NCBI RefSeq assembly: GCF_006345805.1
Contig: NC_043001.1
Coordinates: 31,372,001 to 31,436,000, forward strand
Source: Octopus sinensis
Taxonomy: Eukaryota
DNA: 64,000 bases
Direction: 5' to 3'
In this document: piece by piece, positions 1 through 12,101 of the stretch
Position numbering within the stretch: the stretch's first letter is position 1
Layout of the letters: the number at the start of each line of letters is the position of its first letter
Position numbers and translations under genes: made by a program
The notes under the pieces: model-generated
Databases searched by the model: none
The model's input: the letters and a program-made list of their open reading frames with translations, nothing else
Told to the model about the DNA's origin: nothing

Positions 1-1040
1 AGCTGCTCTTTGTTAATGATGGTCATCATGCTTTTTTGGAGGTCGTGTTTTTTTCGATTCGAGCGATGCAATGGCAGTCGAATGGGTGAGTTGCTGCTGG
101 CAGTATTTAAGTTGGTTGGTTTTCTTGTTAATTCTTTTTATTTTTCTGATAATTGCTCTTCTATTTCTAGGGATTCTGATTTGTATACTGATCTTAATGG
201 AGTATGTTTTGTGCATATATGTGTCACCGTATCTATAAATGTCTGCCATTATGAGTTTATGTTGGTGGGGGTGTAGTGCTTGCGAGAAGGCCTAATCAAT
301 TTGTGAAAGATCATGATTGATCGCATCCCAGTCTGCATTATGAAGATCCATAGTGTCAAATGGATGGGATGGAGAGATGTCACTGGATTTGATCTTTGGG
401 TGGTAGAATCTCAGATCGCAGAGAACCATGTCATAGTCTGAGAGTAGTGGTGTTTTTTCCACTGCAATATCGTGGATAGTGTCAGTGTGGTTACTGAACA
501 CTAGGTCCAAGGTGTTTTTATGACACCTTGTTGGTTCGAGAACAAACTGTGTCAGGCAAAACTCATCCATGAAATCAAAAAGCAATTCTACTGCTTCCTT
601 ATCAGGGGTTGAGGTGGAAAAACTTGGTTTCAAGCTGTTTATGGACCAGTCAACACTGGGAAGGTTGGAGTCCCCCATCATTAATATGTTGTCAGCATAT
701 GATGGCTGATGGCTAAAACACTTGATACTTTTGAGGCATTCCTTGAAGCGTATTAAAGGAGTTAGGAGTGGCCCATAGAGTCCAGCTACTATTAAATTGT
801 TGGTTTTACTATACACATAAGCTGCTTCACAGTAGCCGTTGGTAAATACGTCCATTGCTTCAACCGAAAATGAATCGTGCACGAAAATGGCGGTCCCACC
901 CTTTCTTCTGCCGACACGATCTGCACGGATGGCTGCAAAATTCTTCACTCTCACCTCACCTTCCAAGTGGAGGTTATTGAGATGGGTCTGTGTGAGGTCG
1001 AAAAAAGCGTTATGGTGTAGATGGTGGTCATAAACACAGT
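1..1040 (-). mobile_element. Non-LTR retrotransposon (CR1/L2-like) ORF2 remnant: APE endonuclease domain plus linker, running off the left edge
   Basis: ORF 292..966 has APE motifs (RADRVGRRKGGTAIFV, ILMMGDSNLP, EPTRCHKNTLDLVFSN, SDYD for SDH). A basic linker ORF lies at 13..249. Stops and frameshifts are present. Confidence 0.85.
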
Positions 1041-1311
1041 CCTCAATAAATTAGATCTTTCAATTTTGGGGCTTTGGCGGAAGGGCTGATACCGTGTGCC
1101 TTGAGGAAAATGTTGAGGCGATGGGGGTGACTGATTTTGACTATAATATATATATGTGTGTGTGTGTGAGAGAGAGAGAAAAGGTTGAGTTCTATTACAT
1201 CCTTTACTTTGTGGGGGTGGGGTTCCAAAGATCGATATCTAATGAAGATTCTTCATATTTCATTGGTAGCTTACTGTTATAAGAATTTTGCGAATATGAA
1301 AATGCTACAAG

Positions 1312-1491
1312 TATAAGGTGTGTTATGAGGATTTTTAGAACAAATATGCTATTGAAACTCAAAAAATTGTTAAAGATGGAGAAGAGAGGATGTTAAATGC
1401 TTCAAGCTTTTAACATCTCTTCTCCATCTTTAACAGCTTGGTGAGTTTCTATAGGATGTTCGTTCTATAAATTCTCATAACACACCTTATA
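1312..1491. repeat. Fold-back (long imperfect inverted repeat) element adjoining a (TA)n tract
   Basis: Left arm tataaggtgtgttatgag...gttaaagatggaga..gatgttaaa pairs with right arm tttaacatc..tctccatctttaac...ctcataacacaccttata. Confidence 0.8.
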
Positions 1492-1557
1492 ATATATATA
1501 TATATATATATATATCTATATATATATACATATATATATATATATGTGTGTGTGGTG

Positions 1558-1589
<32 letters not shown>

Positions 1590-1811
1590 ATATGTATATA
1601 TATAATATAATATATATATATATATTTGTGTGTATGTATGTTATATATTATATATATTATATATATATATATATATATTGTGTGTGGTGTATGTATATTC
1701 ATATATATATATATGTATATATATATATATGTGTGTATATATATATATACATATATAGATATATATGTTTATATTACATATCTATGCATATATATATGCA
1801 CACATACCCAG

Positions 1812-1842
<31 letters not shown>

Positions 1843-1862
1843 GTGTGTGTGTGTGTGTAGAT
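1492..1862. repeat. Compound (TA)n/(TG)n microsatellite
   Basis: Directly visible. Confidence 0.95.
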
Positions 1863-3266
1863 ATCTTCTTTTGTAGTTTCAACTCATGGTGGAACACCGT
1901 TTTGCTACACTGCTATTACTGAGAGCCTCCTCTTATATGTGGCACTTGGTGAAGAATGGAGTTTGATGTAGCTACCCTCATTTGCACCTCTTGCCGTGAG
2001 GTAGATTCGTCTGGGACTGTCGACAGGAAGAGGTCCGTCCTTGATTTTAAAATGCCTATATCTACTTTGTGCAGGTTCCTTAGGTTTGTTGGGAGAATAT
2101 TAAAAAGCTGTGGGCCCCTGAAACCCAGGCTATTGCAGTAACTGGTCCTGAAGCGCGATGGCATTGCTGGGATCTTTGGCACTGTGCATTGTCGACCAGT
2201 TCTGGCATTAGTGTCGCTTTCAATGCCAAAATTTGGCACAATTCCTTCCAGGATCTTCCAGATGTATATTACTGCATACCACTCCCGCCTTTGCTGTTTC
2301 AGCCTTTCCCAGTAGCTGAGCTGTTGCAAAGAGACGATCTTCTTTGTGAAGCTTCACTGTATTGCTTCAAGGTCCGCTGTTAATTTTACACTGTTGGGTG
2401 ACCATAGCTGTGAGTAGTAATCCAGGCGGTTGAAGACCAATGTCCCCCAGACGACCATCATGGTTTCCTTATCTCTGATACTGAATGTTCTCAGGATCCA
2501 GCCAGCCAGCCGTCTGCACTTTGTCGCCATTCCGGTGATGTGCACTTGGAAAGAGGTATCATCACTCATGTCGATACCCTGGCCCCGCACTGATTTAGGC
2601 TCTGGGGTTGTAATTCCCTAAGGACCAGTGTACCATGTAGGTTTCATATTCAGTTTTGGACGCTGGTAGCGCAGGGCTTGGAATTTTTCAGCATTAAACT
2701 GCATATTATTATCCTCAGCCCATCTGTAAATTGAGTCCAACTCCTGCTGCAGATGTGCAACTTCACTGGGGTTCTGTATTTTCTGCGAGACTTTCGTATC
2801 GTCTGCGTAGCTTGCAAGGGTAGCTATCCGGGCAGTTGAGGGCATATCTGAGAGGACTACTATGAAAAGCAGTGGTCCCAAGAGAGTGCCCTGTGGAACA
2901 CCGCTCACTATTTGTGTTTTCATTGAGGTGGTTCCATTGGCCACTACTGCCTGACTCCTATCTTTCAGAAAGTCATATAACCACTCTCCAAGTTTTCCAG
3001 CTATGCCGAGATCACTCAGTCTGTGACATACTTATCATACCATGATTCACTTTGTCAAAAGCTTTTGCAGAATCAAGGTATATTACGTCCACATTTGAGT
3101 TGTTGAGTAACTGCTTCAACACACTGTCATAATGTTGTAAGAACTGGGTCAGGCAACACCTTCCTGGTCGAAAACCATGCTGGGTATCACTCAGCAAATT
3201 ATTTTCTTCAAGGAATGCGATTAGTTTCTCTCTGACTAACTGTTCCATAACTTTGATGATGTGAGT
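1863..3266 (-). mobile_element. 5'-truncated, decayed CR1-like LINE: reverse transcriptase, C-terminus and short 3' end
   Basis: QHGFRPGRCCLTQ, VDVIYLDSAKAFDKVNH, SGVPQGTLLGPLLF, YADDTKV and LSYWERLK are spread over four frameshifted ORFs (3012..3248, 2618..2944, 2354..2590, 1916..2329). Confidence 0.92.
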
Positions 3267-3909
3267 GTTTCATCCTTTACCTTATTTCCGACCATCGGCC
3301 GATTACACGTGTGGAGACAGCCAAAAGAAGCATTTGACCCAGACTGCCTTCTTCCAAATGTTAAACATGGAGGAGGATCTGTGATGATTTTGGAGGCTAT
3401 ATCTTGGAAATCCACCGGCCCAATGGTTTCCCTTCATGGCAGAATTACAGATGGGCTGAGGATAATAATATGCAGTTTAATTAATTTATCTGATCAAATT
3501 CATCCTATGGTTGCGGAACTGTTTCCGGAGGGAAACGCCATCTTTTAGGATGATATTGCACCAATTCACACAGCTAAAGTTGTTATTGAATGGCACGAGG
3601 AACATTCTAGTGAAGTCGAACATCTTATCTGGCCACCACAGTCCCCAGATCTCAATATTATTGAACATTTATGGTGCATTTTTGAAAAACAAATGAAGAG
3701 TCGATATCCTCCACCATCATCACTACAAAAAGTGGAGACTGTTTTTAGTTGAAGAATGGTGAAAAATTCCTTTGGAAACAATTCAAACTTTGTACGAGTC
3801 CATATCTCGTAGAATTCAAGCTGTAGTTACTGCCAAGGCGACCCCACCCCATATTAAAATTATTTTTTTTGAAATTTTAAGGTGCTTCCATTATTTTATC
3901 CAACCCCTG
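3267..3909 (+). mobile_element. Tc1-like transposon, 3' half (pseudogenised DD36E transposase plus right TIR)
   Basis: SSFTLFPT, VKHGGGSVMI, F*DDIAPIH, WPPQSPDLNIIEHLW. The element ends ...ccattattttatccaacccctg followed by TA at 3910-3911. Confidence 0.9.
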
Positions 3910-4015
3910 TATATACTCTCTCTCTTTCTCTCTCGCTCTCTATCTATATATATATATATAATACACTCTATCTCTCTCTATATATATATGGATATATATA
4001 TATTATATATATATA

Positions 4016-4057
<42 letters not shown>

Positions 4058-4279
4058 TCTATATATATATATAATATACTCTATTTATATATTCTATATA
4101 TGATGTATATGTGTGTGTGTGTGTGTGTGTGTGACTGAACTATACATTTCATGCTGGCAAACAATATATCACACGGTGTTCTCTATCTTTCTCTCTCAAA
4201 TGATGCATTGAAAAATGTACTTAAAAATACATAAAATATCTTATGTATACATTAAAAAAATCCACATGTATTTGCACAG

Positions 4280-4349
<70 letters not shown>

Positions 4350-4365
4350 ATGTGTGTGTGTGTGA
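3910..4365. repeat. (TA)n, (TC)n and (TG)n microsatellites
   Basis: Directly visible. Confidence 0.9.
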
Positions 4366-4927
4366 AAACATACGCGTGTGCTTTAACAACAGCGAAGTTC
4401 TGTTCTGTGTCTTTATGCGTGTTATTTCTAAAATACATTTTTTGAAAGAGAAAAGATAGCGAACTCACTGTGATATATTGCCTTCTCAGCAAGAGATGTG
4501 TTATTGAAGTGCATATCTTGAATGTAAATGTGATTATAGATGGCATATATATTTTTCTTTCAGTTAATACTTTATAGAATGATGAGGCACTGAGGCATGT
4601 GTTGTCACTGCTGCTATTGTTGTTGTTGCTGTTGTAAGTAGTTGTATGGAATTTAGATGAAATGTTGAGATACGAAATTCTTCACATACTGTAGTATGGC
4701 TCACACTCATCCGCTTTCATTTAAAAAAAAGGAAAAGTGTTATGCAATGCAATATACTGTAGAATACTTGTTATAGATATGTGTTGCAGTTTGATATAAT
4801 GTCGTAGGTGTATGTTTCACTCCAGTTCAGACCTTATCGAGCAGACCAAGATAAAAGGCGTTCTGACCGTGACCAGTCCCATCACTACATTGTGGGGTTT
4901 TTTTTGTTTTTATTCTTTTGTTTTTGC

Positions 4928-5290
4928 AGGCGCAGGCGTTACTGTGCGGTAAGAAGTTTGCATTCCCGCCACTTGGTTCCGGATTCATTTTCACTGCGTG
5001 GCACCTTGGGTAAGTGTCTTCTACTACACTCTTGGCTCGGCCCGACCAAAGCCTTGTGAGTGGATTTGGTAGACGGAAACTGAAAGAAGAAACGTGCATG
5101 TGTGTGTGTGTTCGTCCTCACATCACTGTTTAATTGGTGTTGGTGTGTTTGCATCACCAACACCAAAAGAGACCGATAGAATAAGTACCACGCTTAAAAG
5201 AAATAAGTTCTGGAGTGGATTCGTTCGATTAAAATTCTTCAGGGCGGTGCCCCAGCATGACCGCAGTGTAATGACTGTAAAAGAGTAAAA
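4928..5290 (+). mobile_element. SINE family A (tRNA-like head, CCTTGGGCAAGT CORE-like segment, internal microsatellite)
   Basis: ggcgcaggcg..gtggtaagaag..ggcaccttggg..gacggaaactgaaagaag..cagcatggccgcag. Other copies at about 13800-14272, 18165-18320, 20700-21105, 21482-21690(-), 28768-29192, 29208-29352(-), 33270-33428, 34488-34832(-), 36890-37050, 37455-37843(-), 48106-48466, 50243-50615, 52975-53138(-), 59860-60212(-). Confidence 0.85.
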
Positions 5291-6789
5291 GCGAATAGTA
5301 GAATCTATTTATAAATAATATTAATACGCCAACTTGTTGTTTTTGTACGTCCGTACCTGTGGTGTGTGTCACACTTATCTCAAAGGAAGGAGTGACAAAG
5401 CAGGAGAGATGAGAGAGAGAAAGAGAAAAAGAGAGAGAATGAGAGAAAATGAGCAGTGACGGTGTTCGTTTTGTGTTTTTAAATGTTTATCACATCGCAA
5501 GAAAAGTTGATACATAGATACGTACACGCATTGTTAAATTAAAAGCGAGAGAGAGGATGGACACAGAAGAAGTGAGAGAGAAAGAGAGAGAGAGTGAGCG
5601 AGACAGTAGATACATAGATTGAAATGTGATTAGGCTGGCCCCTTTGAATTACAGCTACAACTCATTTTTACCAGCTGAGTGGACAGCAGCAAGGTGAAGT
5701 AGAGTACCTTACTCAAGAACAGAACGCACCGCAAGGAATCGTACTCATGACTTTACGATCGTGGGCCGAATACCCCTAACCACTGAGCCATGCACTTTCA
5801 CTCTCTTAACCATAGAGAAAAGGAGTGAAGCGATAGAGGCCGAGCAAAGAAAACATCAGTGATTTACAATGGGAATTAGACGGAAATACGATCGATCTTT
5901 TCGAGCTTTTTCACTTTTAACAATGAAGAAGAGGAGAAGACATTTAGTAATGAATCGGGGGAAAGTCTTTCGGGTGTTTTCGTTTTTATTCTGGGAGTTC
6001 TAGAAAGATCGATTGTTAGTTCTCTCTTCTCCCACCACCCCCCACCCCAACCCAGGTACTTATTTGCCTTCTTTCATGGTCATTTTTGCAAAGGGTTATT
6101 ACATATAGAATGAAGGAATCTTCTTGATATCTCGATCTGCAAGAAATTGCAGTCTTACCGTCTTCAAATTACGTCCTACCGCCTTAAAAGAGTAATGTAC
6201 ATAAGATAATGTAGTTCCAGATAACTATGAAGAAATAGATGAAACAGCCATAGACGATGCGCAATTAGTTATAGACCATTTGGAGCTAACCAACACTGAC
6301 GACACCAAAAAAACCCGAGACCCTACAGGTTAAAATACCAGATTACTTGCTCATAGGTCGTAAGCTCAAACTTGCTACAAGTGTTTAGTTTTTCTGGATA
6401 GAACAATTTATTCCATATCGCTTCAGTTTACACAGGTGAATGTTCTCATTGTTGGAATAACGTCACATCTAAAAAAATTATATCTTTATTCTATAAAATT
6501 AGATCAAAGCATTGACACTTAAAATCACTTGGAGACTTGGAAAGTGTTTAGATTTGTCATTTTACAAGCAATTTCTCTAATACCCACGTTTGCAACTATC
6601 AATAATAAATCAAATTTTTTGTCTATACAAAGTTGGAGCTTTTCTACTGGTGTCAGGGTTAGAGCATGATCTAACACCAAGAAACCACCACAATTTCATG
6701 CTCTTGCTAACAACGTGTCGTTTTAGAAAGTAGGCATTATGTATTCCATATAAAAACAATCCTCATTTATTCATATTTTTTTCTTCCCA

Positions 6790-7460
6790 TAGCGCAAGTA
6801 CGAATGAGTGGTTAAGAAGTTTGCTTTGCAATCATGTAATTTCGGGTTCAGTCCTACTGCGCAGCAGTCTTCTATTCTAGTTCCGGGGCCGACCAATACC
6901 TTGTGAGTGAATTTGGTAGACAGAAACTATAAGGCGGCGTGCTGGCAGAAACGTTAGCACGCCGGGCGAAATTCTTAGCGGTATTTCGTCTGCAGCTACG
7001 TTCTGAGTTCAAATTCCGCTGAGGTCGACTTTGCCTTTCATCCTTTCGGGGTCGATTAAATAAGTACCACTGGGGTCGATATAATCGACTTAATACGTTT
7101 ATCCTTGTTTGTCCCCTCTGTGTGTAGCCCCTTGTGAGCAGTAAAAAAATAAGAAACTGTAGGGAAGCCTGTCATGTGTGTGTGGCGGGGAGGAGAATTT
7201 GGTAGACAGAAACTGTAGCGAAGCCTGTCGTGTGTGTGTGTGTGTGTGTGTGTCTTTGTGCCTTTGTTTATCTTCCCCACACTGCTTGACAATCGATATT
7301 GACTTGTTTGTGACCCCGAGCCGTAGCTGTTTGGCAAGAGACCAATAGAATATGTACCAAACTTAAGTAAACATAAATAGTGACATCGATTTTCTCGGCT
7401 AAAACCTTTCAAGATGGTGCCCCAGCATGGTCGCAATCCAACGAATTAAATAAGTAAAAT
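6790..7460 (+). mobile_element. Nested SINE cluster: family A copy interrupted by a family B (Nin-domain-like) SINE
   Basis: Family A head at 6790-6930, then aggcggcgtgctggcagaaacg...gcctttcatcctttcggggtcg at 6932-7160, then the family A tail. Confidence 0.75.
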
Positions 7461-7489
7461 ATTTATAAAGATTAATCCTTTACGTGTGT

Positions 7490-8121
7490 CGACCTTTTGC
7501 CATCCCCAACATTATCTTAAACTATGGGACAAAGAAGATGATCCGTAATGCAAGCGGTGTGGAGCAGCTCTTTGCACATTGAATCACATATTGGCCAGGT
7601 ATTTCAAGGCATCGGGAGAAAGCTGACACATGAAGAGACACAATAAGATCCATACAGAAATTGCATTATGGACGGACTTGCAGGAAGTTATGGTCAACAA
7701 GCAACAGGCCTCGCTGCTCAAAGGTATTAAATTCCTAAAAGGCGGCGAGCTGGCAGAAACGTTAGCAGGCCGGGCGAAATGCTTAGCGGTATTTCGTCTG
7801 CCGCTACGTTCTGAGTTCAAATTCCGCCGAGGTCGACTTTGCCTTTCATCCTTTCGGGGTCGATAAATCAAGTACCAGTTACGCACTGAGGTCGATGTAA
7901 TTGACTTAATCCGTTTGTCTGTCCTTGTTTTTCCCCTCTGTATTTAGCCCCTTGTGGGTAGTAAAGAAATAGGTATTAAATTCCTAAAGGAAAGTGATAG
8001 GGCTCCTAAGACAGATGCAGCTTTGGAAGAACCTTTTTTTTAAATTTGCAACAAAGCTTTGACTAGGGAATGCAGGAGGATCTGAAGGGCAGACTTATCT
8101 TTACGGTGAAGATGGAAGTAA

Positions 8122-8178
<57 letters not shown>

Positions 8179-8520
8179 CAGTCATAATTCTTTTATCTAA
8201 GAGTACAAAAACAATCATCGCGACTGAACTCCCAATGCTCGGCGGCAAGGGTAGGGGCTGGCTTAATATTTCTCACCAACTGAAGACAGCCAAACACCAG
8301 GACTTGGTTGATGAGGCACATGTCAAAAGAAGGCAAGCAGCTTCATCCCCCATTGAAGTCGGCTGTCACAGTTTCCCAGCAAAACCAATGTGCTTTTTCT
8401 TGCAGAAGATAGGTTTGAAGCCCAAACAACTGAAGAAAGCCACCAAGGTGATAGCCATGGTAGGGAGACTTGTTCCAGTGGGTTGTGGTTTACAGGATAC
8501 CACAAATGGAACCTTTCTTT
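7490..8520 (+). mobile_element. Decayed RLE-type non-LTR retrotransposon (HERO/NeSL-like): zinc finger plus restriction-like endonuclease
   Basis: LWDKEDDP*CKRCGAALCTLNHILA (about 7520-7596). ORF 8070..8522 contains IILLSKSTKTIIATEL..KTAKHQDLVDEA..PIEVGCHSF..LQKIG. The remnant is interrupted by a SINE and (CT)n. Confidence 0.7.
7740..7970 (+). mobile_element. SINE family B (Nin-domain-like), full length with TSD
   Basis: Flanked by the direct repeat aggtattaaattcctaaa (about 7722 and 7971). Other copies at about 22450-22618, 27795-27930(-), 30800-31000, 42020-42215(-), 46795-47028(-), 48485-48705, 55321-55690, 55870-56410(-). Confidence 0.85.
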
Positions 8521-8750
8521 AACCGAAAGCTAATTCATTTCTCGTTGCCCCATTCAGGTGAAGCGTACAAGCTAAGGAGTGAAACGTTGGTGACTCTGAA
8601 CTCAATCGAAGCGTACAAGCTAAAGGGTGACCCTGAGACACATGTTGAAGATACAGAAAAGTCTCCAGATAATACGACAGTTTTAGTCACCCTCAGTAAT
8701 AACTTTAAATAGGTCCCACAGTATCAGTGTGGGGTAAAATATTTGATACT

Positions 8751-8823
<73 letters not shown>

Positions 8824-9419
8824 TACACAACTGCCACCACCACACCAGTACGTAGGCACACACTTATTAGTGATTAAAATCTGTTGGTGAAAATAGGTTT
8901 GGCTACAGTCAAATGTAGTCAAGTCCTTAATACAAATTTAATGGAGAGTGAATATGTTTATAATGAGCTTAAATCAACATTTTTAGAATGATCATAATGC
9001 TTCATTATTCTCTCGGAATGACAAATTATTCATATCTTACTAACTCAGAAGTTAGTTACATTTCGGAGAGATAACGAAAGATTTTGATACATGCATACGG
9101 ACGGATACGCACGTGTGTGTGTGTGGGGGGGGCTGTGTGTGTGTGTGCACGTAAGCTCGCACATAATCTTTCATATTTTACTTGTTGCAGGTATATGACT
9201 GCGGCCATACTGCTGCACTACCTTTAGGAATTTAGTCGAACAAATCGACCACAGAACTTTTTTTAAGCCTGGTACTTTTTGTTTTTCTTTTTTGCCGAAT
9301 CGCTAAGTCAGAGAAACGTAAACAAACCAACACTAGTTGTGGAACTTTGATGGAGACAAACACAAAGACGCGCTCGCACTAACACACACAAAGATACACA
9401 TATGCTTATTCATGCCAAT

Positions 9420-9972
9420 ATATATATATTTAATTTTAATTTTAAATTAATACGTTCTCAAACCGGCAAAAGCTACTGCAGTAAATTATTTTATGCCGTA
9501 TTAATTCCGGTAATTTAGCGCGCCAAAACGAGGACTTTTGAAAAATAACCACAAGTGTAATAGGTAGAACTACATACATGTTCGACCTCATGCGGACGTC
9601 TGGTGTGCAGTTCTGTAAATTATATTTGTATGGACGATCATACTGAAGATCTACAGACAAATTACGTAATTCTGTTAATAGTGAAACATTGTTTATGATT
9701 AATCTATATTTTTGTTACTTTTCATTTGTCTTGCTCGCTTACGTTTCTAGTGTTTGCTAAATTTTTTAGAGAACATTTCTTAGTGGTAAGACCATAGAGG
9801 ATCTACTTCTAGCATTATGGTTGCCCACATAGTGGTAATCCCTCTCATATGTATGTAATACTATTTACTGAACCTCAGTTTTTTAATATGCTAGACTACT
9901 GGTGTTAAATTGATGTTATCAAATTAATATCCAATTTTTCACCCTCATTTTAATTTTACATTTTTATATATA
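9420..9972. repeat. AT-rich interspersed repeat, (TA)n-associated, possibly Penelope-like; homologous to 38960-39125
   Basis: Both loci share the segment order ctagcat..gg.tgcccac.tagtggt.a.cctct..tgtatgtaa..aatatgcta..actg..ttaatatc..tt.accct.att, ending in TA repeats. Confidence 0.55.
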
Positions 9973-10004
9973 TTGAGAGATAGAGAGAGAGATAGAGAGA
10001 GAGG

Positions 10005-10093
<89 letters not shown>

Positions 10094-10839
10094 TACGAAC
10101 ATTGTATTTATTAGGAAAAAGCCATAGGGAAGATATTCAGTTCGAAGATTTAAAAAAAAAATTTTTTAAGAGCTGAGTTCCAGAAAGTGAAAGCCCTGGT
10201 GAGGATCAGTTGTAAAAAGTGCATAATTTTGGTGCTGAGCCGCTGGAGGATAATGTGATCAGGAGATGCATCTCATTGGTGAATTTGAAGGAAGGAAGTA
10301 CGCAAATTGCAAGTTTAGTATTAGTTCTTGAAGAATCAGAGAGTAAAGAACGGTATGTCTGTGGAACCAGTGATTATAGTGGTGGCTTTTTAAGTGAGAT
10401 TTTGCCAGTCAAGGTTTTTTTTGAACGCGGTCTCAGATGTTTGTGGGTTTGAAGTAGCCCCACTGCCTCCGATGTATAATGTTTCATACAGTGAGCGACT
10501 GAAATGCTGAAGTATTTTCTCTACATGAAGAGGATTGTTAGTGTTTCTAAGACATAATTTTGACTAATGACTATATAATATATCTCAATATCACGAAGTC
10601 AAGTACTTGTAATAACGTTCCAGCTTTTATCGTGTGTTATTCGAGTCATAGTTCCCTGCCTATGAATAGAACAAAGTCACCTCCTTTAGTTGTACGGGCT
10701 TTATTGGAGGTTGGTTTTGAGGTCTCGCTTCACAAAGGCTGTGTGCGCGCGTGTGTGTCTGGGTGTACATATAACAAATCTTCGGAAAATTTGAAGGCTT
10801 TTTATATAATTAAAAATACTATGAAACTACTCATTCATT

Positions 10840-10897
10840 ACTTCTGACTTCTTCTTCTTCTTCTTCTTATTATTATTATTGTTATTATTATCATCAC

Positions 10898-10934
<37 letters not shown>

Positions 10935-11210
10935 CATATATGTGTAAACATACACACCACACACACACTCACATATATATACATGTGTATATATATATGT
11001 ATATATATGCATGTATATGCGTACATATGCACACATGTGCATTTATACGCATGTATGTATACGTACATGCATACATGTATATGTGCGTGTGCGCATACAT
11101 ATATATGTGTATGTGTATATATAAATATGTGTCGAGAGTAAAATATTTGATTTACACCTGCGTTAAACTCCATTTATTTATTCATATATATATATATATA
11201 TATATAGTAA
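10840..11210. repeat. (CTT)n, (ATT)n and degenerate alternating purine-pyrimidine microsatellite
   Basis: Directly visible. Confidence 0.9.
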
Positions 11211-11419
11211 ATACCAAAAAAAAAAGAACAAAAACAAAAAAAAAAACAACGCGTGGACGTAGTTACATGCAAAGTATTAGCGGATGCTCGGGAGAGGAAA
11301 GAAAGGTGGTTTAACGTTCCGAGCAAAGCTCTTCTTCAGAAACAGGAAACGGAGAAAAGTCCAAGAGAAAAGGAAGATGGAGGGAAAAAATCGCCAACGA
11401 TTCACACACACACACACGT

Positions 11420-11420
<1 letters not shown>
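11205..11420 (-). mobile_element. Short Penelope-like repeat embedded in (TA)n; second copy at 29840-30045
   Basis: Both loci share caacgcg.ggacgt..agtatta..gga.gctc.gga..gtttaacgtt.cgagc..agctctt..gagggaaaaaatcgccaa. Confidence 0.65.
11309..11343 (-). ncRNA. Minimal type I hammerhead ribozyme motif, degenerate (GAAA to GGAA)
   Basis: Minus strand reads GTTT CTGAAGA A GAGC TTT GCTC GGAA CG T T AAAC: stem I GTTT/AAAC, stem II GAGC/GCTC, palindromic AACGTT helix III. Confidence 0.6.
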
Positions 11421-11451
<31 letters not shown>

Positions 11452-11479
11452 ATATATATATATTATATATAATATATAT

Positions 11480-11515
<36 letters not shown>

Positions 11516-11730
11516 CACACGCATATACATGGTATATATATATATATATATTGATGTAATAAAATGATTGCATTGTTCAATTAAATGGAGTCGCATGAAA
11601 CGATCGCACCGCATTACCTCTGGATATTCTTCTTGCTTATTTTGATTTTAATCACTTTATTTTGAAATTGGATGGATAATACCATACTAAATTCTGGTGC
11701 CTCAACTTAAGTATCATATTCATCTGAATC

Positions 11731-11800
<70 letters not shown>

Positions 11801-11875
11801 CGTTGTAGGTAGTAATAAAACAGTCGATAAACTGAGGAGGAGTTAGGCTTCCTTTGGTATTTTGTCCTGTACTTA

Positions 11876-11975
11876 NNNNNNNNNNNNNNNNNNNNNNNNN
11901 NNNNNNNNNNNNNNNNNNNNNNNNNNNNNNNNNNNNNNNNNNNNNNNNNNNNNNNNNNNNNNNNNNNNNNNNNNN
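11876..11975. other. Assembly gap (100 N)
   Basis: Run of N, followed by a (GATA)n/(TA)n microsatellite. Confidence 1.
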
Positions 11976-12012
<37 letters not shown>

Positions 12013-12069
12013 TATATATAATATATATATATATAATATATATATATATATATAGATAGATAGATAGAT

Positions 12070-12101
<32 letters not shown>

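Noticed and set aside
1487-1922. Long overlapping ORFs (YIYI/CVCV-rich); similar ones at 10827-11614, 13629-14117 and 22511-22934
   Set aside because: Translations of stop-free microsatellites, not genes.
7584-7886. Recurrent ORF MRNWYLIYRPRKDERQSRPRRNLNSE (also 46882..47088)
   Set aside because: Antisense translation of SINE family B.
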